Shown here piece by piece: positions 31,826 through 40,515 of a DNA stretch of 64,000 nt; the stretch's first letter is position 1, and every line of letters starts with the position of its first letter. This stretch comes from Candidatus Doudnabacteria bacterium RIFCSPHIGHO2_01_FULL_46_24 (lineage in GTDB: Bacteria > Patescibacteriota > Doudnabacteria > UBA920 > O2-02-FULL-48-8). The DNA is taken from NCBI GenBank assembly GCA_001777575.1, contig MFEL01000010.1, positions 20,661 to 84,660 of the forward strand, written 5' to 3'. The position numbers and the translations under genes were made by a program. The notes under the pieces were generated by a model that saw only the letters and a program-made list of their open reading frames with translations, was not told the DNA's origin and searched no databases.

Positions 31826-32665
31826 TTACGAATTGTCAATCCGTAATCCGTAATTCTTCAATTTATATTTATACACTTTCCAAATAAACACCGGCACCGC
31901 GTTCCACATTCGCTTAATCCGCCACGGCTGGGTGATCAGCCGCCACAGCCACTCCAAGCCCATGTCATGCAAGAACTTGGGCGCCTGGGGCTGTTTTCCG
32001 GCGATATAATCGAATGTGCCGCCCAAACCAATGGCGACTTTAACGTTCAATTTTTGAAGATTTTGGGCCAGCCACATCTCTTGCTTGGGCGGCGAATAAG
32101 CTATAAGCAGTATATCAGAATTACTCTGGTTTATCCTCTCGACCAGAGCGTCGTCAAATTCACAGTCAGACAAGGCCAGATTAATCCTTAATTCTTTATT
32201 CTGACTCCTTAATTCTTCTCCAGCTTTTCCTGCAACATCATCGGTTCCGCCGACCAGGGCCAAAGAGTAGCCGCGGTCAGCCGCAAGTTTAGCGATATCC
32301 CAAATTAAATGGCTGCCGGTGACCTGTTCTTTTATGACCGACCGAATCCAAGCGGGATAAAAAATTATTGCGGCAAGCGAGAGAATAAGATTTGAAAAAT
32401 GAAAATTGAAAATTGAAAATTGTTTCTTTCGTTGCAACGAAAGAAACTTAGCTGCCCAAAGTATACCAATGCCGTCCGGCAATGAAAGATTCGCGCTGTT
32501 AAGGACTTTTTTATAATTTTCGTCCCGTTGAGCAAATACAATCAGCTCTGAATATGGCGTAGTGACCAGGTGCGGCTGACCGTTTTGAACAAATTGATCA
32601 ATCGCGGCAATAGCCTCCTGCTTCAATACGCTGACAACCTGCACACCGGCAATGTCTATTTTCAT
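31826..32665 (-). CDS. WecB/TagA/CpsF glycosyltransferase
   Basis: PDGIG, PKQE.W, GLGGTFD, GLEWLWRL..QPWR. Confidence 0.9.
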   Translation of the reverse strand: MKIDIAGVQVVSVLKQEAIAAIDQFVQNGQPHLVTTPYSELIVFAQRDENYKKVLNSANLSLPDGIGILWAAKFLSLQRKKQFSIFNFHFSNLILSLAAIIFYPAWIRSVIKEQVTGSHLIWDIAKLAADRGYSLALVGGTDDVAGKAGEELRSQNKELRINLALSDCEFDDALVERINQSNSDILLIAYSPPKQEMWLAQNLQKLNVKVAIGLGGTFDYIAGKQPQAPKFLHDMGLEWLWRLITQPWRIKRMWNAVPVFIWKVYKYKLKNYGLRIDNS

Positions 32666-33192
32666 TTCAAAGTTATTTCAATCAATTGTGTGTGGTGAGC
32701 GTGGTGCAACAAAAGTTTGCTCTCATAGAGCACGACTCTGTCAGCCATAAAACTTAGCTGTCTTAATTCTTCATTCGGGAAGTCTTCGATTTTCCGGTCC
32801 TTGAACATGACTTTGTCCATGTGCAAATTCGAGAGTTTGACATGCGGGTAATAGATCCGATCCTGAAACAGGAAGCCTGAATCATGAAACAGGACCTCAA
32901 GCTGAGACTGCAGCTTGCCCAAGGCAGGATTGGGCTTAAGCGTCATGTGTATCTGTTGGTGGAATTTCACCAGCTTGTCAAACTGGATTTCAAAAGGCTT
33001 GGCCTCAATCACCGCTTGGGAAAAAATCTCTTTAACTTTTTTCTGTTCATCATCAATTAACTCGCCGAAAAAATTTAGAGTAATATGGAGGTTTGTCGTG
33101 TTGATATAAGGCACTGGCAATCGTCCCTGAAAGATTTGAGTAGCCCTATCCTTAATTTCTTTTGGCAATGATATTGCTGTAAAAATACGCAT
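32662..33192 (-). CDS. thpR: RNA 2',3'-cyclic phosphodiesterase (2H phosphoesterase)
   Basis: MRIFTAI, LHITL.F.G, PHVKL (second HxT degenerate). Confidence 0.8.
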   Translation of the reverse strand: MRIFTAISLPKEIKDRATQIFQGRLPVPYINTTNLHITLNFFGELIDDEQKKVKEIFSQAVIEAKPFEIQFDKLVKFHQQIHMTLKPNPALGKLQSQLEVLFHDSGFLFQDRIYYPHVKLSNLHMDKVMFKDRKIEDFPNEELRQLSFMADRVVLYESKLLLHHAHHTQLIEITLK

Positions 33193-33234
33193 AAAGACAT
33201 GGAAATTATAGCATATATCTGATAAACTTAGGTC

Positions 33235-33492
33235 ATGCAGATTAATCGGCAATTCAAGAGAGATCACCACCTCCATTCGCCCGCCCACGTCTTGGCTGAA
33301 GAGCTTTCGGTCAAGCTTGATGACAAAAAGCATTTCGGGTTTTATTTGAAAATGGCGCTTATCCATGACCACAGTCTGCTGCGCAGAATCGCGGGTGAAG
33401 TCCTCGAAAGCAAGTCAACCAAAAAACCCGGCGCGCTCTTCGCTTACCTAGTTAAGAAATCAAAGACGCCTGATGTCAAAGGGAATCTTTGA
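33235..33492 (+). CDS. Small hypothetical protein
   Basis: 85-aa ORF ending KPGALFAYLVK, upstream of def. Confidence 0.6.
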   Translation: MQINRQFKRDHHLHSPAHVLAEELSVKLDDKKHFGFYLKMALIHDHSLLRRIAGEVLESKSTKKPGALFAYLVKKSKTPDVKGNL

Positions 33493-33497
33493 CACTT

Positions 33498-33992
33498 ATG
33501 ATTCTTGAAATAATCACTGTTCCCAATCCAATCCTGACCACAAAAACCCAGCCGGTTGCCAAAATCACGCCGGACGTTTTGAAATTGGCGCAAGACATGA
33601 TTGAAACATGCAAACAAGCCCAAGGCATTGGCCTAGCCGCTCCCCAAATCGGCAAATCAATCCGCCTCTGCGTCGTCAATCTGGAGCACATGGGTATTCC
33701 GCTGTTTGCGCTCATCAATCCCAAAATTAAAAAAAAATCTTGGAAAAAGTCCGAAATGGAAGAAGGTTGTCTGTCAATCCCGGGAATTTACGGCATCGTC
33801 AGGCGACCGGATAAAATTAAGGTTGGAGCTTTGAATCTCAAAGGCCAAGAAAATGAGCTCTCGGCCGACGGTTTGCTAGCCCGCGTGATCCAGCACGAAG
33901 TGGATCACTTGGACGGGATTTTAATCACATCGAAGCTGGTCAGGCGAACAGACGGGACAGAAACCAAAGATAGGAAAAAATTAAAAGATTAG
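33498..33992 (+). CDS. def: Peptide deformylase
   Basis: GIGLAAPQ, EGCLS, QHEVDH. Confidence 0.96.
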   Translation: MILEIITVPNPILTTKTQPVAKITPDVLKLAQDMIETCKQAQGIGLAAPQIGKSIRLCVVNLEHMGIPLFALINPKIKKKSWKKSEMEEGCLSIPGIYGIVRRPDKIKVGALNLKGQENELSADGLLARVIQHEVDHLDGILITSKLVRRTDGTETKDRKKLKD

Positions 33993-34064
33993 CGGTTACG
34001 ATGCCCGTATCGTGAGGTGTTCGACGCCTGACGTAACCTCAAGACGATACTGGATTCGTTACCG
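33993..34064. repeat. Long imperfect hairpin between def and fmt
   Basis: CGGTTACGA/TCGTTACCG, GTATCGT/ACGATAC, GAGGT/ACCTC. Confidence 0.55.
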
Positions 34065-34080
34065 TAAGACACTAAACTAT

Positions 34081-35004
34081 ATGGCGCATAAAATAGTCTT
34101 TGCAGGCACAACTGATTTTGGCATCCCGACTCTCGAAATACTAAATACTAAATACCAAATACTGGCCATTGTCACCCAACCTGATCGACCCGCTGGAAGA
34201 AAAAAAGCGCTCTCCCCTTCCCCGATCAAACTGTGGGCCGAAAAAAATAACATTCCGGTTTTACAACCCGAGGAACTATCAACTATCACCCATCAACTAT
34301 CAACTTTAGAGCCCGGTCTTTTGCTTGTCGCCGCGTACGGCCAGATCATTCCCAAGGATATCCTCGACATCCCTAAATTCGGCTCAATCAACATTCACGG
34401 ATCCCTCCTTCCCAAATACCGTGGAGCTAGCCCGATCCAAGCGGCGATATTGCGCGGAGAAACCGAAACCGGCATCACGCTTATCAAAATGGACGAGAAA
34501 ATGGATCATGGCCCTGTTATCGCCCAAGCAATGATGACGATTGATGATAATGATGACTTCATAACTCTTTACAAAAAACTCTCGGATCTCTCAGCCGACT
34601 TGGTCATGGAAACCCTACCCAAGTGGTTTACCGGCCAAATGAGAAGTACCGAGCAGCGTCATGAGCAAGCTACTTACACCAAGCTTTTTGCGCACAGCGA
34701 TGGCCGGGTCGACTGGGCTACACCGGCTGTTGAGGTAGATCGAAAAGTCAAAGCCTTGAATCCTGAACCGGGCGTGTGGACTACGCTTGACAAAAAATCT
34801 GTTAAAATACTAAAAACAAAAGCGCTGCCTGATGCCAAAATTGAGCTTCCCGGAAAAATTTACGAAAGCGGCAATGAAATGCTGGTCAAATGCCAACTGG
34901 GGAGCCTGCAAATTCTCTATCTGCATCCGGAAGGCCGCAAACCCATGACCGGCCGCGACTTCTTAAACGGCCTGAAGTCAAGATCTAACGCAATGTTTAT
35001 ATAA
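34081..35004 (+). CDS. fmt: Methionyl-tRNA formyltransferase
   Basis: VTQPDRPAGR, AAYGQII, NIHGSLLPKYRGASPI. Confidence 0.96.
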   Translation: MAHKIVFAGTTDFGIPTLEILNTKYQILAIVTQPDRPAGRKKALSPSPIKLWAEKNNIPVLQPEELSTITHQLSTLEPGLLLVAAYGQIIPKDILDIPKFGSINIHGSLLPKYRGASPIQAAILRGETETGITLIKMDEKMDHGPVIAQAMMTIDDNDDFITLYKKLSDLSADLVMETLPKWFTGQMRSTEQRHEQATYTKLFAHSDGRVDWATPAVEVDRKVKALNPEPGVWTTLDKKSVKILKTKALPDAKIELPGKIYESGNEMLVKCQLGSLQILYLHPEGRKPMTGRDFLNGLKSRSNAMFI

Positions 35005-35006
35005 AA

Positions 35007-37457
35007 ATGGAAACAACGGGCTTAACCACAACTGAAGCTAAAGCGCTTCTGAATAAAATCGGGCCGAATAAAATTTCGATTGAACACAGGTTCAGCTTTT
35101 TTGGCTTGCTGTTTTCGGAAACTTTCAATTTGCTCAACATTCTACTGATGATCGCTTCTGCGGTATCGCTTATGATCGGCGACCTTCTCGATTCAATCCT
35201 CATCTTCGCCATCGTCATCCTCAACACCATTATTTCTTTTTGGCAGGAATACAAAGCCGAGCGCACGCTCCAAGAATTGCGCAACTTAACCCACACATAC
35301 GTCAAAGTCCTGCGGGACGGCAAAATGTCCCAAATTGACAGCGTCGAGCTGATCCCCGGCGATGTCATTCATCTGGAAAGCGGCGACAAGATTCCTGCCG
35401 ACGGCGTCATATTCCAATCCTACGGCTTGGAAGCAAACGAAGCTTCCTTAAGCGGCGAATCGCTCCCGGTATTTAAGCGTTCCGAAGCCGGACACAATCA
35501 AGTTTTCGCCGGCACACTGATTTCCGCCGGACACGGCATTGTCTTGGTTTCAGCTACCGGCATGTCCACCAGATTCGGACGCATCGCCCTTTCGCTCAAG
35601 GGTATCAAAGAAACCGAAACTCCGCTACAGAAACAGATAAAGCATCTGGCCCTAAATATCGGCTTAATCGCCCTGGCGTTGAGCGTTTTGATTTATTTTG
35701 TTGGGGTCTCACTGGGCCAAAGAGCCGTGGACATGTTTTTAACTTCGGTCAGCGCCGCGGTGGCGGCCATTCCAGAGGGGTTGCCAGCGATCATTCTTAT
35801 TACGCTGGCTGTGGGGGTGCGGCGCATGGCCCAGCGGAAAGCCGTGATCCGAAAAATAATCGCGGTGGAAGCGTTGGGTGCGGTCAATGTCATTGCCACG
35901 GACAAAACCGGGACCCTGACCAAAGGCGAGATGCGGGCTGAAAAACTCTACGTTTTAGGCAAACATTACACCCCGCAGTCTATCAAAACAGCTCTGAATC
36001 AGCCAAAAATGAAAAAATTCCTCGACGCGTTGGTAATTCCCAATACGGCCAGCCTGCTTTACCGCTTCGATCATGGGACCAAAGCCGTTTTGGGCGATTC
36101 CACCGAAGGAGCGCTGCTGCAGTTGGCTGAGTTTTTGGGAATCAACACCGAACTGCACAAAGCAAGCGCCGAAATATTGGAAGAATTTTCTTTTGACCAA
36201 AAACGAAAAAGCATGAGCATGGTCGTCCGCAAAGACGGCAAAGTAGAAGCTCTGGTCAAGTCCTCGCCGGAATTTATGGTCTCTGCCTCAACCAGGATCC
36301 CGCAAGATGATCGAATCAAAATTCTTACGGAAGAAGATAAGCAACAACTTGCCGACGTCTATTCATCACTGACCAAATCGGGCTACCGCGTCTTGGGCTT
36401 CGGGTATAAGCCGATGGATGAGCAGACCGGCTACAGACGCGATGAAATTGAATCCGATCTGATTTTCCTGGGGTTCATTGCGCTCTCCGATCCCATTCGG
36501 GATGAAGTCAAAGAATCCATCCGGCTGGCCAAGCAGGCCGGTATTATGACTGTCATGATCACCGGCGACAATGAACTGACTGCTCATGCGGTTGCCGTCA
36601 AACTGGAGCTGGCCGAAGAGGGCGATGAAATCATAACCGGGAAAGACTTGGAAAAAATCAGCGACGAACAATTAAAAAATATAATCCAGAAGGTGCGCGT
36701 GTTCGCCCGAACCAATCCCGAAGACAAACTGCGCATTGTCAAAGCCTTTCAACAGCTCGGGTTGTCGGTGGCCGTGACCGGCGACGGCGTCAATGACGCC
36801 CTGGCGCTGAAGCAGGCTGAAGTGGGTGTGGCCATGGGTAAAAAAGGCACGGACGTGGCCAAAGAAGCCGCCGACATTGTTATCACTGACGACAATTACG
36901 CCACCATTGTCAAAGCCATCGAGGAAGGGCGCACGATCTACGACAATGTCCTCAAATCCATCCGTTACCTGATCTCCACCAACATTTCCGAGCTGCTCAC
37001 GATCTTAATTGCGCTAATCTTGGGCCTCCCCTCTCCCCTCCTGCCCGCCCAAATATTGTGGATCAATTTGGTCTCCGACGGATTTCCGGCAATCGCTCTG
37101 GCTTTGGACCCCAAAGATCCCATGGCTATGAAAAAACTTCCCCGCTCCAAAGAACATCGGCTTCTGAATCTTAACTCTCTGGCTTTGCTTATCGGCATCG
37201 GGCTTGCGGTTTCGCTGATCGCCCTCATAGTCTATTGGCACACTTATAAATCCTCGGGCAACCTCGCATTCGCCAGGACCTGGACTTTCAGCACGCTGAT
37301 TTTGCTTCAAATGCTCGTGGCCTTCATCATCCGCGGCAACCGCAAACACGCCAACCAAAAACTGGTCGCGGCCGTGGTCTTCACCCTCGCCATCCAAGCC
37401 CTCATTTTGGTCAACCCGATCTTCTACCCCATATTCAAAATCGAAAAAATCTGGTGA
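35007..37457 (+). CDS. Cation-transporting P-type ATPase (P2, Ca2+-like)
   Basis: SGES, PEGL, DKTGTLT, MITGD, GDGVND. Confidence 0.93.
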   Translation: METTGLTTTEAKALLNKIGPNKISIEHRFSFFGLLFSETFNLLNILLMIASAVSLMIGDLLDSILIFAIVILNTIISFWQEYKAERTLQELRNLTHTYVKVLRDGKMSQIDSVELIPGDVIHLESGDKIPADGVIFQSYGLEANEASLSGESLPVFKRSEAGHNQVFAGTLISAGHGIVLVSATGMSTRFGRIALSLKGIKETETPLQKQIKHLALNIGLIALALSVLIYFVGVSLGQRAVDMFLTSVSAAVAAIPEGLPAIILITLAVGVRRMAQRKAVIRKIIAVEALGAVNVIATDKTGTLTKGEMRAEKLYVLGKHYTPQSIKTALNQPKMKKFLDALVIPNTASLLYRFDHGTKAVLGDSTEGALLQLAEFLGINTELHKASAEILEEFSFDQKRKSMSMVVRKDGKVEALVKSSPEFMVSASTRIPQDDRIKILTEEDKQQLADVYSSLTKSGYRVLGFGYKPMDEQTGYRRDEIESDLIFLGFIALSDPIRDEVKESIRLAKQAGIMTVMITGDNELTAHAVAVKLELAEEGDEIITGKDLEKISDEQLKNIIQKVRVFARTNPEDKLRIVKAFQQLGLSVAVTGDGVNDALALKQAEVGVAMGKKGTDVAKEAADIVITDDNYATIVKAIEEGRTIYDNVLKSIRYLISTNISELLTILIALILGLPSPLLPAQILWINLVSDGFPAIALALDPKDPMAMKKLPRSKEHRLLNLNSLALLIGIGLAVSLIALIVYWHTYKSSGNLAFARTWTFSTLILLQMLVAFIIRGNRKHANQKLVAAVVFTLAIQALILVNPIFYPIFKIEKIW

Positions 37458-37458
37458 A

Positions 37459-37490
37459 CAAAAAAATCCCCCTTTCGGGGGATTTTTTTG
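37459..37490. terminator. Bidirectional intrinsic terminator
   Basis: AAAAAAATCCCCC-TTTC-GGGGGATTTTTTT between convergent genes. Confidence 0.85.
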
Positions 37491-37493
37491 AAA

Positions 37494-37907
37494 TTACATT
37501 TGCGGATTGCCCATGCCACCGCTTGGCATGGATGAACCTTTGCTCATAGACGCATAAAGCGCCCAAGCGCCCACCACCACGTGCAACAAAGAATCAGCAG
37601 GATTTTCCAGATTTGCGCCCAAGAACGACTGGGAGATGATAAAGCTGTACAGGCCGATTAATACTGCCACCGCTCCCACCACCATGGCCAGAGTTTTCTG
37701 CGCGGCAGCCGGCAGGGTGTACGCCGCGAGCAAAGCGACTACGCCAATCACGATATGCGTCCAGTTCTCGGCGTTATCAAACCACCAGCCTGAGCCGAAA
37801 ATGCTTTGCTCGGCTGTCGGTCCGATGAGGAAAAAACCCAATACGCCGACAACTACCAGGATCACGCCGCCCCAGACCAAAAATTGCTTAGGATTCAAGT
37901 TTATCAC
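37494..37907 (-). CDS. Membrane protein (DUF4383-like)
   Basis: 4 TM; N..H...G and D..LH...G motifs. Confidence 0.7.
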   Translation of the reverse strand: MINLNPKQFLVWGGVILVVVGVLGFFLIGPTAEQSIFGSGWWFDNAENWTHIVIGVVALLAAYTLPAAAQKTLAMVVGAVAVLIGLYSFIISQSFLGANLENPADSLLHVVVGAWALYASMSKGSSMPSGGMGNPQM

Positions 37908-37957
37908 CCCCTTTACATGCGATTATTCTAAGGCAGGTCTAAATTTATGGCAATTCA

Positions 37958-38057
37958 CCCCGTTACAGTTTCAGAGTATTTTCGTTAGAAAAAGGCATTT
38001 TGTTACATTTTATCCACTTTAGTTATCAACAAATTATTTTTAAAAACTATAACGGGG
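37958..38057 (-). mobile_element. 100-bp TIR-bounded MITE-like element, copy C (at a stop codon, TGAA duplication)
   Basis: Minus strand TGAA[CCCCGTTATAGTTT...AAACTGTAACGGGG]TGAA. Confidence 0.7.
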
Positions 38058-38058
38058 T

Positions 38059-39246
38059 TCAGTTATCAACAGAGGTGATTTTGTAAATTACCCCGGACTT
38101 GTCGTCAGAGACATAAAGCCCCCGGTTATAAAAAACCACATCCACCGGCCGGCCTAAGACAGTGTTACCTTGCAGCCAACCGGTGATGAAGTCCTCAAAC
38201 TCCTCAAAGTTGCCTTTTGAGTCCAATTTTACGCGCACCAATTTGTAACCGGTTGGATCCGACCGATTCCAGGAGCCGTGAAAAGCCACTATCAGATCAT
38301 GCCAGTAATCCTCAGGCCAGCCTTCTTCCGGCACAAACGCCAAGCCAAGCGGCGCGGAATGCGCCGGCATTTCGACTTTTGGCGCCTCTGAATCTTGGCA
38401 TGGATCGCGGATGTACTGATTTTTATCAAAATTCCGATCGTTGACCTTATTGCCATAACAAATCGGCCAGCCGTAATCCTTTCCTTCTGCCAGAATGTTG
38501 ATCTCTTCCGGCGGCAGGTTGTCGCCCAAATTGTCGCGACCCATGTCCGTGCCCCACATCCGGCCATCCACATAGCTCCAGGTAAAAAATACGGTGTTGC
38601 GCAAACCGGACGCGAATTTTTTGAAATCCGACCCGTCCGGATTCATGCTGTAAACCGCCGCCCTGCGAAGATCACCTTCGTTGCAGACATTGCAGGAAGA
38701 GCCGATTGATACGTACAACCTCAGATCTTCCGGGCCAAACCCCAGAGTGCGGGTGAAATGCCCGCCGCCTGATGGCAAGTCCGCAATCTTCTGCCCCGGA
38801 TCATCGGAATTGAGGGTAACGCGGGTGATTTTATTTTCCTCGGCGAAATAAAGCAGGCCAGGTGTCCGATAATCAAAAGCCAAGCCGTGTGGCTTGCGCA
38901 AATTCCGAAAAATGTCATGCTGGGCAATAACCCGGCCGTCCTTCATCTCAAGCTGGGTGATGACCCCTGCTGAAGTCCTGGATACCCACATATTGCCCGA
39001 GCCATCAAACGCCATCACTCTCGCTCCGGGCAATCCTTTGGCAAAAATTTCAATGGAAAAACCATCCGGCAACTTAAGTGGCATGCCGGTGGTGTTCTGA
39101 GGCGTATCATTTTTTAGATCAGTCTCAGCCGGCGGATTCACCGCGGGTCTCACCCCACGCAAGTTTTGCCAATAGAAAAGTATCCCTGCTAAAACGGCAA
39201 CGCCGACTATCGTGATTCCTAAATTTTTAAGTGTTGAGTTATTCAT
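38059..39246 (-). CDS. PQQ-dependent sugar/sorbosone dehydrogenase family protein
   Basis: GGGH.TR, GSSCNVC.E, GLRN, DYGWP, AHSAPLG, HGSWNR, GRPVDV. Confidence 0.88.
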   Translation of the reverse strand: MNNSTLKNLGITIVGVAVLAGILFYWQNLRGVRPAVNPPAETDLKNDTPQNTTGMPLKLPDGFSIEIFAKGLPGARVMAFDGSGNMWVSRTSAGVITQLEMKDGRVIAQHDIFRNLRKPHGLAFDYRTPGLLYFAEENKITRVTLNSDDPGQKIADLPSGGGHFTRTLGFGPEDLRLYVSIGSSCNVCNEGDLRRAAVYSMNPDGSDFKKFASGLRNTVFFTWSYVDGRMWGTDMGRDNLGDNLPPEEINILAEGKDYGWPICYGNKVNDRNFDKNQYIRDPCQDSEAPKVEMPAHSAPLGLAFVPEEGWPEDYWHDLIVAFHGSWNRSDPTGYKLVRVKLDSKGNFEEFEDFITGWLQGNTVLGRPVDVVFYNRGLYVSDDKSGVIYKITSVDN

Positions 39247-39249
39247 GCT

Positions 39250-39383
39250 ATTAACCCGGACCCATCCCCGAGGCGGGCGTTAAGAGAGAAATCGGGGATC
39301 TTACTGAGTCCTCGGCAAGATCCCGGATCCGCCGCTCTCCTGTCCCATACCGGGCGGTCCGGGATGGGACGCGAGGGCTTAAT
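39250..39383. repeat. GC-rich multi-stem intergenic palindrome
   Basis: ATTAACCC/GGGCTTAAT, CCCATCCC/GGGATGGG, GGGATCTT/AAGATCCC. Confidence 0.6.
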
Positions 39384-39384
39384 G

Positions 39385-40026
39385 TTAAACCTCAAGCCAA
39401 TTCTGCTCTCGCAAATCATTGAATTCAATGTCTGCCTTGGGTAAAAAAGTTTTGGGAATTCCGTGATGACCGCTAAACATGCTGATATTAATCATGGCAT
39501 CATGAACCGGAAACGCGATTTTGGGTTTGATTGCTATGGCATAATCAACCGCATCAGAAATTTTGAGCCACGGCCCGGCCACTGGCAGCGCCAAAATTTC
39601 AACCGATTTTTTCGGGTTATAAAGGCTGTCGCCAGGGTAAAACAATCGATCAGCAATCATAAACCCTGTGTTTTGGACCTGTCCATATTCCTGATAAATC
39701 ACGGCATGTTTTTCGCCGTGCCCTTCGAGTGTAATGCCCTTGAAATTTTCGCTCTGTCCATGCTCAAGCAAGCTAAAAGATATCTCGGCTTCTGACAAAA
39801 TTTTGCCAACGGCTGAATTGGTCCATATAACAGCCGCGGGATTATTCTGCAAAATTTTTTTGACCGAGTCCATGTGCAAATGATCCGAATGTTCGTGGGT
39901 GATCAAAACCAAATCAATATTTTTGATTTCATTCTGGGCCGTACTCCAAGCGCCGGGATCAGTCAAAATCCTGACTCCATTTTCTTCGATAAGCAAACAG
40001 CAATGTCCCGGTTTTGTAATCTTCAT
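39385..40026 (-). CDS. MBL-fold metallo-hydrolase
   Basis: ITHEHSDH, PGD, PVH. Confidence 0.88.
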   Translation of the reverse strand: MKITKPGHCCLLIEENGVRILTDPGAWSTAQNEIKNIDLVLITHEHSDHLHMDSVKKILQNNPAAVIWTNSAVGKILSEAEISFSLLEHGQSENFKGITLEGHGEKHAVIYQEYGQVQNTGFMIADRLFYPGDSLYNPKKSVEILALPVAGPWLKISDAVDYAIAIKPKIAFPVHDAMINISMFSGHHGIPKTFLPKADIEFNDLREQNWLEV

Positions 40027-40124
40027 CCCGTTTAGAAATTTAATTGCCTAGATTAATAGTTGAAACTTGATATTCCTGTTTAGCGATGCCTCCTTGAAGC
40101 TAGTCTAAAAAATTTCTAACGGGA
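40026..40124 (-). mobile_element. 99-bp TIR-bounded MITE-like element, copy D (at MBL gene start, TGAA duplication)
   Basis: Minus strand ATGAA[TCCCGTTAGAAATT...GCAATTAAATTTCTAAACGGGA]TGAA. Confidence 0.78.
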
Positions 40125-40125
40125 T

Positions 40126-40229
40126 TCATAATTGATCAATTTTGGCAGCCATAATAAAATCATTTTCCGAAAGCCCGCCGATGGCATGCCAGATTCGCAC
40201 GGCACGCATTTTTTGTGAATCAATTTCAT
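40126..40229 (-). pseudogene. phhB: Pterin-4a-carbinolamine dehydratase remnant with large internal deletion
   Basis: MKLIHKKCVPCE N-terminus joined out of frame at CATGCC to C-terminal HAIGGLSENDFIMAAKIDQL*. Confidence 0.75.
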
Positions 40230-40276
40230 ATAGGCATTTTAGCACAAAAAAACAAGCAAAATCTGGAAGCCAACAC

Positions 40277-40483
40277 CTACTCGAGGTGGGAACGGATAGC
40301 TTGAACCTGATTTGGGGTCAGGTCCTTCACCGGGATCCGATCTCGGCAACGGAATCCATTCAGCAAAATATCCTGAATAATTCCGTAATGGGGCTCAACT
40401 CCGTGAGTGATGTCGTGCGCGTGCTTGACTTGTGCCAGGCTGTAAAAGCCGTCTTCCGCTTGCTTGGTTGCAAGAACTCTCAT
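40277..40483 (-). CDS. Small hypothetical protein
   Basis: Strong AAGGAGG SD; 68 aa. Confidence 0.5.
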   Translation of the reverse strand: MRVLATKQAEDGFYSLAQVKHAHDITHGVEPHYGIIQDILLNGFRCRDRIPVKDLTPNQVQAIRSHLE

Positions 40484-40515
40484 GATCCCTCCTTCCTTTG
40501 TGCTAAGATTATAGC

